Positions 16,879 through 25,152 of a stretch of 64,000 nt of DNA are shown here, one piece after another. The notes below the pieces were generated by a model, which worked only from the letters and a program-made list of their open reading frames with translations, was not told where the DNA came from and did not search any database. Source of the DNA: an uncultured Gammaproteobacteria bacterium (GTDB taxonomy: Bacteria > Patescibacteriota > Microgenomatia > Levybacterales > GWA1-39-11); assembly GCA_964436385.1 (NCBI GenBank), contig CAYTCO010000002.1, positions 12,720 through 76,719 on the forward strand, in the 5' to 3' direction. How positions within the stretch are numbered: position 1 is the stretch's first letter; every line of letters begins with the position of its first letter. A program made the translations under genes and the position numbers.

Positions 16879-17177
16879 GTATTGTTACAACACCAGTAAA
16901 AATTTGGCGAAGAAAGAAAAAATTGTCGGAACTTATTGGCAAAAAAGGGACTGTTGTAAGCTTTACAACTGTGAGAGTTGCCCCAAAAGGATTTGGTAAA
17001 TACGCACCTTATATTGTGGCGATTGTTGCTCTTTCTTCAGGCCAAAAAATGATAGGGCAGGTTGTTGAATGTGAGAATGTAACAATCGGTCAGAAAGTCG
17101 TTGCAATTTTAAGAAGATCTTTGACGGAGGACAGGAAAGAAACCATTTCTTACGTAATTAAATTTAGACCCATATGA
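16875..17177 (+). CDS. DUF35-like OB-fold protein (thiolase/HMGCS scaffold)
   Basis: 100 aa directly following the thiolase with an ATGA overlap. OB-fold-like GTVVSFTTVRV...YIVAIVAL..G. No zinc-ribbon Cys residues. Confidence 0.7.
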   Translation: MSIVTTPVKIWRRKKKLSELIGKKGTVVSFTTVRVAPKGFGKYAPYIVAIVALSSGQKMIGQVVECENVTIGQKVVAILRRSLTEDRKETISYVIKFRPI

Positions 17178-18106
17178 CTCACTTCGCCAAAGCCTCTGCT
17201 CCCGGAAAAATTCACCTGATCGGAGAGCACTCGTCTGTATATGGAAAGCCAGCAATTTTATGTGCGATCAACAAGCGAGTAGTTGTTGTGTTAAAAAGAA
17301 CAGCAAAAGACAACTTTTTTAAAGATGATAAGATTGCGCGCGAAGCAGTTATTTCCATAAGATCTTACATCAAAGAAAAATACAAAGTAAAAAACATTCC
17401 TGTTTGGATAGACGTAACTTCTACTATCCCGGTTGGCAGGGGGTTAGGCTCTTCAGCATCGCTTAGTGCGGCAATTTCCCAGGCATTTTTTAGTCTTTAC
17501 AGGATAAATGCAGGTCCAGATGAAGTATTTAACGCAGCTTACGCAGGTGAAAAAATCTTTCATGGCAATCCTTCTGGAGGAGATTTGGCTGTCTGTGTGT
17601 ATGGCGGGGTTATATGGTTTCGTAAAGAAACAGAGAACATAAAACTCATTAAGAAGATTAAAGTTGATCCATCAACATTTAAAAATGTACTTCTTGTCGA
17701 TTCTGGAAAGCCAGTCGAAAGTACGCGCGAAATGGTTGTTGATATAGTAGGTAAAAAAGAAGTTGGAAAGTTTTTAATTGACCAAGAAAAATTGACAAAG
17801 GAGGTTTCGGATTCATTAATTAATAACAAACAAAAACTTCTACGAGAATCAATAGTGTCTTCAGGTAATAATTTAGAGAAGCTTGGGGTTGTTGGAAAAC
17901 AGGCTCAAAAAATAATTTTTGATCTTAGTAATTTGGGTGACAGTGCAAAGGTGTCAGGCGCTGGAGGATTTAAAGAAGGATCGGGTATAATTCTTGTTTT
18001 TTGTAAAAATATTTCAAGAACAAAAAAGTATTGTAAGGAGCCAGAAAATCCATTAGAATTCATGGAATTCAAGCTTGAAAGCAAGGGGGTAATAATTGAA
18101 AAATAA
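17174..18106 (+). CDS. mvk: mevalonate kinase (GHMP family)
   Basis: APGKIHLIGEHSSVYG, GRGLGSSASLSAA and HGNPSGGD, the MVK-type motifs. Confidence 0.8.
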   Translation: MTHFAKASAPGKIHLIGEHSSVYGKPAILCAINKRVVVVLKRTAKDNFFKDDKIAREAVISIRSYIKEKYKVKNIPVWIDVTSTIPVGRGLGSSASLSAAISQAFFSLYRINAGPDEVFNAAYAGEKIFHGNPSGGDLAVCVYGGVIWFRKETENIKLIKKIKVDPSTFKNVLLVDSGKPVESTREMVVDIVGKKEVGKFLIDQEKLTKEVSDSLINNKQKLLRESIVSSGNNLEKLGVVGKQAQKIIFDLSNLGDSAKVSGAGGFKEGSGIILVFCKNISRTKKYCKEPENPLEFMEFKLESKGVIIEK

Positions 18107-19073
18107 AATCACCATATCAGCGCCGGGGAAACTAATGTTATTTGGAGAACACGCTGTAGTGTATGGTTATCCATGTATTGTGACTGCGGTTGACCAACGA
18201 ATATTTGTGACTGTTGAACAAACCAATACTGGAAATTTTGAATTGGAAGCGCCAGATGTTCAAGTTGAAGGCTATAAGAAACCAATTGATAAGTTGGGAG
18301 AAGGAGAGATCCCAAAAGGAACGCAATTTATCGAAGTTGCAGTCAAAAATGTTTTCAAAAAGTACAAACCAAAAACTCCTGGTTTAAAAATCAAGACCCG
18401 TTCTGAATTTTCTTCAAAATTTGGATTTGGATCATCCTCTGCTTCAACAGTCTGTGCAGTTAAAGCCATCTCAGAATTATTATCACTAAAGTTAACATCA
18501 AAACAAATTTTTGATTTGTCATTCAAAACGGTTCTGGATATTCAGAAAAAGGGATCAGGGTTTGATGTTGCAGCAGCAGTATATGGTGGGACATTATATT
18601 TTGTAATCGGTGGCAAAAAAATCGAACCACTAAAAATTAAGTTACTTCCATTGATTGTCGGTTATTCCGGAATGAAAGCAGATACTGTCGAACTTATCAA
18701 TAAAGTATCAAAAAAAGCAGATCTATACCCAGCGGAAATTAAAGGTATTTATAATTTGATTGGTGGAATCGTTGAAAAAGCTAGGGTTTTAATTGAAAAA
18801 AATAAATGGGAAGAAGTAGGACAGCTTATGGATGTCAACCAGGGCTTGTTGGAAAGCCTGGGTGTAAGTATAGACAAGCTTTCTAAGATGATCTACGGTG
18901 CACGCGATAATGGAGCATATGGCGCGAAGCTTTCTGGAGCTGGAGGAGGAGACTGCATGATCACTCTTTCAAGTGATAAAAATCTATTTGCAGTTGAAAA
19001 GGGTATTAAAAAAGCAGGGGGACTTGTGCTTAATGTTAAAACCAATGTACAGGGAGTAAGAATCGAAAAATGA
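18096..19073 (+). CDS. second GHMP kinase, putative phosphomevalonate kinase
   Basis: APGKLMLFGEHAVVYG (MVK-like N-terminus), FGFGSSSAS and KKGSGFDVAAAVYGG. Sits between mvk and mvaD with an 11-nt overlap. Confidence 0.6.
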   Translation: MKNKITISAPGKLMLFGEHAVVYGYPCIVTAVDQRIFVTVEQTNTGNFELEAPDVQVEGYKKPIDKLGEGEIPKGTQFIEVAVKNVFKKYKPKTPGLKIKTRSEFSSKFGFGSSSASTVCAVKAISELLSLKLTSKQIFDLSFKTVLDIQKKGSGFDVAAAVYGGTLYFVIGGKKIEPLKIKLLPLIVGYSGMKADTVELINKVSKKADLYPAEIKGIYNLIGGIVEKARVLIEKNKWEEVGQLMDVNQGLLESLGVSIDKLSKMIYGARDNGAYGAKLSGAGGGDCMITLSSDKNLFAVEKGIKKAGGLVLNVKTNVQGVRIEK

Positions 19074-20053
19074 ATACGAAAGCAACAGCCATAGCCCCAT
19101 CAAATATTGCATTCATTAAGTATTGGGGTAAGAAAGACGAGATTCTTCGACTTCCTGAAAATGGAAGTATTTCGATGAACTTATCCAATCTTACAACGAC
19201 AACGACCGTCGAGTTTTCTTCAAAATTTTCAAAAGACAGTATTCGCTACAATGGAGCTTTTCAAAAAACCGAAAATAATAGGGCGATTGAGCATATCAAC
19301 AGGATTCGAAAAATTGCGAAGGTAAAAACGAAGGTCAAGATAGTAACGGAGAATAATTTCCCAGGTGGAACTGGTCTTTCATCATCTGCTTCGGGGTTTG
19401 CTGCTTTAACACTTGCTGGTGTTGAGGCATTGGGATTAAAACTTTCAGAGAAAGAGCTTTCAATTTTAGCCCGTCAAGGATCTGGATCGTCATGCAGATC
19501 AATTCCTGATGGGATTTCTGAATGGCTCGATGGAAACGATAGTCAGAGTTCCTATGCTCGCTCTATTTTCCCGAAAGACTATTGGGATATCGTAGACGTT
19601 GTTGCAATCGTTAGTACAGAAGTTAAAGACGTAGCAACATCTGAGGGACAAAAAGGAGCACGTCAAAGTCAATTTTTTAAAGTAAGGTTAGAAAGTATGG
19701 CCAAAAAAATAAAAGAATGTAAAAAACTTCTTGCAAAAAAAGATTTTGTATCATTTGGAGAACTGTTAGAGTCAGAGGCCCTAGAGCTTCATTCCATTAT
19801 GCTTACGTCTCATCCGTCACTAATATATTTATTGCCTGAAACATTAAAAATTATGAAACTTGTTAAGAAGTGGAGAAGTGAGGGGCTTGAAGTTTACTTT
19901 ACTTTAAATACTGGGCAAAATATTCATCTTATTGCACAAAAAAAAGATGAAGAAAAAGTCATTAACAAACTAAAAAAGTTGCCATTTGTTCTTAAGATAA
20001 TTCCAAACGATCCCGCAGACGGAGCAAGAATAGTTGATAGGCATTTATTTTAG
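19070..20053 (+). CDS. mvaD: diphosphomevalonate decarboxylase
   Basis: APSNIAFIKYWGKKD, GTGLSSSASGFAAL and GSGSSCRS. Confidence 0.9.
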   Translation: MNTKATAIAPSNIAFIKYWGKKDEILRLPENGSISMNLSNLTTTTTVEFSSKFSKDSIRYNGAFQKTENNRAIEHINRIRKIAKVKTKVKIVTENNFPGGTGLSSSASGFAALTLAGVEALGLKLSEKELSILARQGSGSSCRSIPDGISEWLDGNDSQSSYARSIFPKDYWDIVDVVAIVSTEVKDVATSEGQKGARQSQFFKVRLESMAKKIKECKKLLAKKDFVSFGELLESEALELHSIMLTSHPSLIYLLPETLKIMKLVKKWRSEGLEVYFTLNTGQNIHLIAQKKDEEKVINKLKKLPFVLKIIPNDPADGARIVDRHLF

Positions 20054-20121
20054 CTTGAGTTATTATCCTTTATTTTGTAAGATTAACGAAGTATTTTAAT
20101 TAAAGGAGGTGTTAGATTTTT

Positions 20122-20409
20122 ATGATGAATCCATTCAAACAAGCAGCAGAGATTAAAAAACTCAGAGATCAAGCAAAGAAAATCCAGGACGAACTTTCTC
20201 AGATTGAGGTAGAAGCAGAAAAAGGAAGAGTAAGAGTAGTTATGTCTGGGGATATGAAAGTAAAATCCGTTGAGATTAATGGAGAAGAAATGAAGGATGC
20301 TCGTGAAGCATTCAATGAAGCAGTAGACAGGGCACAAAAGAAGAGTGCTCAAAAAATGCAGCAAATGGGAGCAGGACTTCAAGATTTACTTGGAGGACTT
20401 GGACAATAA
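20122..20409 (+). CDS. ybaB: nucleoid-associated protein YbaB/EbfC
   Basis: 95 aa. Q-rich N-terminus with the pattern ...EVEAEKGRVRVVMSGDMKVKSVEI. AAAGGAGGTG upstream. Confidence 0.8.
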   Translation: MMNPFKQAAEIKKLRDQAKKIQDELSQIEVEAEKGRVRVVMSGDMKVKSVEINGEEMKDAREAFNEAVDRAQKKSAQKMQQMGAGLQDLLGGLGQ

Positions 20410-21308
20410 TGATATTTTTTGGTGACGAGCAAAATAAATCACTGTCTGAGGGAATTGCATCTCATTTAAAAACGGACCCTATTTACCCTGATGTAGTTGT
20501 TTTTTCTGATGGTGAAAGGCGTGTGGCATTGACCGAAAAGGTCTTGAGCCAGGATGTTGTATTTCTTAAAACCGCCTCTATTACTCCAAATATTGACTCT
20601 CAAGTAATCGAAACAGCGTTTCTCATCGATGCCATGAAAAGGAATGGTGCCAAGTCAATTACTGGCATCATGCCTCATTTTCCTTATGGACGAGGAGATC
20701 ATCTATTTGGAGATGGAGAATCAGTGCCCCTTGAAGTTGTGATTCATACTTACGAATCAGCAGGGCTTACCAAAATAATTTTTGTTGACCCTCATACAAT
20801 CAGAATGGGGGATATGTTTAAGGTTCAAGTGGAACATGTAAGCGCCCTTCCGGTTTTGGCTCTTAAAATTAAAGAATTGGGATTTAATCCATCAGATTCA
20901 GTGCTTGTCAGCCCAGACATGGGTGGGTTAAGACGGGTAAAGGCTCTATCAGAGTACTTGGACAACGCGCCATTTATTTCACTTGAAAAAGAGCGGGATC
21001 ACGAGACAGGAAAAGTGCAAGTAGAAGGACTAGACGAGCGAGTGGCCCCGAATTGTTATGTAATTGATGATGAGATAGCAAGCGGAGGTACAATAATTAC
21101 TGCATTAAATGAGCTTGAGAAGCAAGGGGCAGAGAAAGTCTATGTTTTGGCGACGCACGCTGTTTTTTCTGGTAAAGCACCCGAGGTTTTGCAAAATTCA
21201 AAAGCATCAAAAGTGATTGTTACTGACAGTATTCCTGTTCCAGTTGCAAAACAATTTGAAAAGCTTGAGATATTAGGTCTGGGAAGTTTGATTTCGGAGA
21301 AGATTTAA
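20409..21308 (+). CDS. prs: ribose-phosphate pyrophosphokinase
   Basis: 299 aa. FSDGERRV, the MPHFPYGRGDH region and the PRPP-binding YVIDDEIASGGT. Confidence 0.85.
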   Translation: MIFFGDEQNKSLSEGIASHLKTDPIYPDVVVFSDGERRVALTEKVLSQDVVFLKTASITPNIDSQVIETAFLIDAMKRNGAKSITGIMPHFPYGRGDHLFGDGESVPLEVVIHTYESAGLTKIIFVDPHTIRMGDMFKVQVEHVSALPVLALKIKELGFNPSDSVLVSPDMGGLRRVKALSEYLDNAPFISLEKERDHETGKVQVEGLDERVAPNCYVIDDEIASGGTIITALNELEKQGAEKVYVLATHAVFSGKAPEVLQNSKASKVIVTDSIPVPVAKQFEKLEILGLGSLISEKI

Positions 21309-22055
21309 AACCTCCTCGTGCAGAATAGAGTTAGAGGCCACAATATTTTGTGAAATCCTTTGAAGATCACGTCCTTCCATATCCGTTACTCTTCCACCTG
21401 CTTCGCGAATAATTACAACTCCAGCAGCAATATCCCAATAATTAAATTTAGTCTTAAAGTAAAAATCTATATGTCCTTCGGCAAGTGCTGCCAAGTGAAG
21501 CGCACCGCTTCCAAATATTCTAACCCCTCTTACTTTTTGACAGATATCCAAGAGTTTTTGAAAATCTCCCAGTCTTACATCAAGCTTGGAAGAGTTCTCA
21601 GTTGAAAAGAGGGTGTTTATTAAATCATTTTGCGGGGAAACAGAAATCTTTTCTCCATTTAGGGTTGCACCTTCGCCCTTTACGGCAACAAATAATTTGT
21701 CATAGACGGGTTGGTAAATAACTCCCAACACTAATTCACCATCATGCTCAAGAGCTATTGAGACGCAGTATTCATTTATTCTTCTCTCATAATTTATAGT
21801 TCCATCAACAGGGTCAATAACCCACATATAGGATGAGGAATTTTCTACGTCTCCATTTTCTTCAGATAAGATACTGTGGTCGGGGAATGAGGCCCTTATT
21901 TTTTCAACTATTAGTTTTTCTGAAGCAGTATCTGCTTCTGCCAAGATGTCATAGGTTCCTTTCATCGTGAATTCTATTTTCTTTTTTGAGAGAGATAGGG
22001 CGAGTGCTCCCGCTTCTTTTGCTGCTTCAATTGCTATATTTTTAAACTCGTCCAT
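21273..22055 (-). CDS. inositol monophosphatase family protein
   Basis: WVIDPVDGTINY and the GSGALHLA/WDIAAG motifs. Start set at MDEFKNIAIEAA; the track ORF extends to 22097. Confidence 0.85.
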   Translation of the reverse strand: MDEFKNIAIEAAKEAGALALSLSKKKIEFTMKGTYDILAEADTASEKLIVEKIRASFPDHSILSEENGDVENSSSYMWVIDPVDGTINYERRINEYCVSIALEHDGELVLGVIYQPVYDKLFVAVKGEGATLNGEKISVSPQNDLINTLFSTENSSKLDVRLGDFQKLLDICQKVRGVRIFGSGALHLAALAEGHIDFYFKTKFNYWDIAAGVVIIREAGGRVTDMEGRDLQRISQNIVASNSILHEEVLNLLRNQTSQT

Positions 22056-22119
22056 GTGATAATAATAGCACTTGCAAATATTCTTGCAATTGGCCAAACG
22101 TACATGTTAGTCTATTTAT

Positions 22120-22464
22120 ATGGATCCGAATTCTGTTCCTTCAGTTGTCGAAAACGTAGAGAAAGACTTGCTAGCGGAAATTGTCGCCAACCTTAAAAGA
22201 AACAAGCTTGATCAGGAAAAAGCACATCTTTTAGCTAAAGAATTTCTTTCCTATTTGCCACCTAAAGATTTTGAGGGCATGATCGCGATACTCCAAAAAA
22301 TGTCAGGACAATATGATGAAGCGCGAGGGGTTCTTATCAAATATCAAGCAATAGCTCAAAAGAATGAGGATTTGGAGAAGGCAAGTCAAATGGCACAGCA
22401 CATAAATCAAGGAAATATTGAAAAAGCGATAGAGATAGCGAAAGGAGGTCGAAATGCCGGGTGA
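22120..22464 (+). CDS. hypothetical small helical protein (module copy 1, gene A)
   Basis: 114 aa. The N-terminal motif DLLAEIVANLKRNKLD...LAKEF is shared with the ORF at 24034. Confidence 0.5.
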   Translation: MDPNSVPSVVENVEKDLLAEIVANLKRNKLDQEKAHLLAKEFLSYLPPKDFEGMIAILQKMSGQYDEARGVLIKYQAIAQKNEDLEKASQMAQHINQGNIEKAIEIAKGGRNAG

Positions 22465-23662
22465 GGGAGGAATGGAAGGCGGAGCTCCTGCTGCTATTGA
22501 AGGAGCCGCTGGGGCTACAGGTAAGGCCGTTAAAACAGCATCAGAAAGTCTTGGTGGAGCACTTGAAAATCTTGGCGAAGCACAAGGAGCAGCTGCCGCT
22601 CTAGGTAGTCTTGCCGAGACTGGTGCTGGAGAAATACCTGGTCAAGATATAGACAAGTGGATAGGCGATCCTCTAAAAGAGACCGGTGCAGGGGAAATTC
22701 CTGGACAAGACATCGACAAGTGGGTAGTAGAACAGCCCTCAACGGCTCAAGAAGCAGTGCCAGCTCAGATACCAAGTATTGGAAAAGCTCCTGCGGTAGC
22801 TACCCAAGCAGAAGCAGTTCCAAACTCCACACAAGCAGGCGTAGGTGAGATTTCACCAGGTGATGTTGCAAGAGCGCTTGAGAAACCTGCCGCCGGACAA
22901 CCTGCAAAACCTGAAGCAACTCCAAATAAAGTTATTCCTGGAGCTTCCGAGGCAACAACTCCTGCCGTATTAGCCCCAGAACAAACAATTGATGATCCAG
23001 TCGACAGAGTTGCTGCACAGGCGACAGAACGACCTGCTGTTACTCAACCAACAGAAACTGTCCAAGCGGCTGCTGAGGCTCCAAACCCAGCAGTTGAAAC
23101 AGCGGCGGAAGATGTTGCAAGCCCTGGCACTATAGAGGCGGAACAAAACAGCGGCGAAACAGAGGAAGCAACAGAAATAACACCTGAAGATATAGCTAAG
23201 GCAGACGCAGAAGGAGCAGAAAATGATGCAGCTGCAGCTCAGGAAGCAGAAGCCGTTACCGAAACAGCAGTCGAGGCAAGAAGTATAGAACAGCAAACAG
23301 AAGAAATGGTTACCCTTACAGAGCAATTAAAAGGTCTTCGAGAACAACAGACTGAGATAGCAAATAAAATTGATGAGGCCATGGCCAAGATAGACTCTCT
23401 TCGAGATGCAATTAGGCAAGCTATGGAAAAAGCTCCGCCTGAGCAAAAACAACAATTCAGCCTATTGCTAAGATTAATTCAAGCCTTCTTTGACATGTTT
23501 TATATAGACGCCAGAGTAGAGGGTGGCGGAATACGTCAAGCGAGGAACAGAGAAATTCAAGAGAAAAGAGCAAATACACAACAAAAACCTGCTGACACCA
23601 AAACCCCACCACCTCCACCTCCTCCAGCTCCAGCACCAGCATCCGCACCTCTAATTTTCTAG
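22454..23662 (+). CDS. hypothetical Ala/Glu/Pro-rich protein with coiled-coil and poly-Pro tail (module copy 1, gene B)
   Basis: 402 aa. AAAGGAGG lies 5 nt upstream, and the gene overlaps its upstream neighbour by 11 nt. Internal duplicate ETGAGEIPGQDIDKW occurs twice. C-terminal PPPPPPPAPAPA. Confidence 0.5.
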   Translation: MPGEGGMEGGAPAAIEGAAGATGKAVKTASESLGGALENLGEAQGAAAALGSLAETGAGEIPGQDIDKWIGDPLKETGAGEIPGQDIDKWVVEQPSTAQEAVPAQIPSIGKAPAVATQAEAVPNSTQAGVGEISPGDVARALEKPAAGQPAKPEATPNKVIPGASEATTPAVLAPEQTIDDPVDRVAAQATERPAVTQPTETVQAAAEAPNPAVETAAEDVASPGTIEAEQNSGETEEATEITPEDIAKADAEGAENDAAAAQEAEAVTETAVEARSIEQQTEEMVTLTEQLKGLREQQTEIANKIDEAMAKIDSLRDAIRQAMEKAPPEQKQQFSLLLRLIQAFFDMFYIDARVEGGGIRQARNREIQEKRANTQQKPADTKTPPPPPPPAPAPASAPLIF

Positions 23663-23755
23663 TTTTTTCATAAAAAACCCAATTGTTACCTTCCTGTTAG
23701 GAAGTTATGACGTTGATGTCAAGATTTAACCTCATTTCGAGCGTAAACTGCCAGT

Positions 23756-23998
23756 ATGAAACAGAATAACGCTGAGATTCTAAAAACAAACGCGACTGAG
23801 ACACACGACATGAAAGAAATGCTTTCAACTGCCAGAGAAAACGTAAGACAAGAAGAATTAAGAGCAAGTGAGGCAGAAGAGGAGGCAAGAAGTCTTGAGC
23901 TTGAGTTAATGCAAGCAGAAGCTGCTCACGAAGCAAAAGAAGAAGCTGAGAAAAAAGGCAAAGAAACAAGCGAAAAGACATCAGAACTAACAGGATAA
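23756..23998 (+). CDS. hypothetical Glu/Ala-rich coiled-coil peptide
   Basis: 80-aa ORF with low-complexity composition. An antisense ORF of similar size exists, so coding status is uncertain. Confidence 0.35.
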   Translation: MKQNNAEILKTNATETHDMKEMLSTARENVRQEELRASEAEEEARSLELELMQAEAAHEAKEEAEKKGKETSEKTSELTG

Positions 23999-24033
23999 CT
24001 GAAAACCGATAACTGAAAACTGATAGCTAACAT

Positions 24034-24459
24034 ATGGATTACAAAAAATTACAAATAAATTTTGAAAGAGAGTTGCTTTTGCAGATTGTAATAAGTATGC
24101 GAGAAAAGAAACTTGATAAGAAAGGAGCCAAAAAAGTTGCAAAAGCATTTATGCCTGCAATGGCAAGCATTGATGAGGCAGCTTTTATAGAAAAAACTGC
24201 TAGACTTTGCGAATTCTATCCAGAAATTCTTGAAGCATTTTTAAAAACAATAAAAGAGTATGACGAAGAACTAAAAACTAAAAACCTAAAACTAACAAGA
24301 GAAGGTATAAGGAAGTCCTCCGAATTTTCCCGCGAGGCTCCGGGCATTGTTCATGCACGCCTCGAGGAGCAATTTTTGGAGGACGTAAATGGTTCTAAGA
24401 CTCAAAAATTTCGTCAAGAACCATTAACGGAGGGAGGTGAAGAATATGGAAGCAATTGA
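24034..24459 (+). CDS. hypothetical small helical protein (module copy 2, gene A)
   Basis: 141 aa. ELLLQIVISMREKKLD...VAKAF parallels the ORF at 22120. Confidence 0.5.
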   Translation: MDYKKLQINFERELLLQIVISMREKKLDKKGAKKVAKAFMPAMASIDEAAFIEKTARLCEFYPEILEAFLKTIKEYDEELKTKNLKLTREGIRKSSEFSREAPGIVHARLEEQFLEDVNGSKTQKFRQEPLTEGGEEYGSN

Positions 24460-25138
24460 AACACCTTTGGCACAAGGAGTTGCAGCACCAATTACCCCCA
24501 CGGCACATACCGTTGAGGCACCGCGTAGAACAAGTGAAGACGTTTCTGATACGGCAAACGCTGAAAGTGTAGAAAGTAATGAGGGTCGAGATTTTGATTC
24601 GGACTCAATTCTTGAATCTGTAAAAGACGAAGGGGTTGAAAAAACGCTTCAGGACTTAGCATCAGATGAGCCCGAACAAGAAAAAAACGGGGACGAAAAG
24701 GAAATTAACGATGATCAAGATGAGACAAAAGAGGAAGAAAAGACTCCTCTAGAGTTAAAATTTGAAAATCTTAGCAAGAAATTTGAGGAGCAGAACAATG
24801 AGCTAAAAGAGGTTCAAAAGAAAGTGTCTCGCTTAGAGGAAACTTCGCTTTCTAAAGAAGATTTCTTGGAGGCACTCTTAATTCTTGCAGAGCTAAAAAA
24901 GGCAGAAGAGGAAGAGGACAAGTTGAGTCTTTTGGAGCTTTTCATCAAAGCCATGACCAGGATCTTAGTTGAGGTAGCACCAAAAGAAGACGGAGAGTAT
25001 GAAGACGCAGAGCCAGTAGATATTAAGCAGGGACACGAAAAGAGGGAAAAGAAGAAAAAGAACGTTAATGATATAAGAGCAGAGTTAATGGCAAAGGGCT
25101 TGATAAGACGCCCCGCCGTTGAAAACCAGGCTGCCTGA
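24437..25138 (+). CDS. hypothetical acidic coiled-coil protein (module copy 2, gene B)
   Basis: 233 aa. GGAGGGAGGTG upstream and a 23-nt overlap with the upstream gene. The C-terminal SLLELFIKAMTRIL parallels SLLLRLIQAFFDMF of the 22454 product. Confidence 0.5.
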   Translation: MKNMEAIETPLAQGVAAPITPTAHTVEAPRRTSEDVSDTANAESVESNEGRDFDSDSILESVKDEGVEKTLQDLASDEPEQEKNGDEKEINDDQDETKEEEKTPLELKFENLSKKFEEQNNELKEVQKKVSRLEETSLSKEDFLEALLILAELKKAEEEEDKLSLLELFIKAMTRILVEVAPKEDGEYEDAEPVDIKQGHEKREKKKKNVNDIRAELMAKGLIRRPAVENQAA

Positions 25139-25152
25139 CGGTATACTGAGGT

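Noticed and set aside
20083-20382. Minus-strand 99-aa Cys/Phe-rich ORF
   Set aside because: It is antisense to ybaB, which has a family-typical sequence and a strong RBS.
22530-23648. Several antisense or alternative-frame ORFs (22530-22775, 22657-22848, 22970-23326, 23457-23648)
   Set aside because: They are by-products of the low-complexity GC-richer repeat coding region. They have no RBS, and their Cys/Phe/Leu-rich composition is typical of reverse frames.
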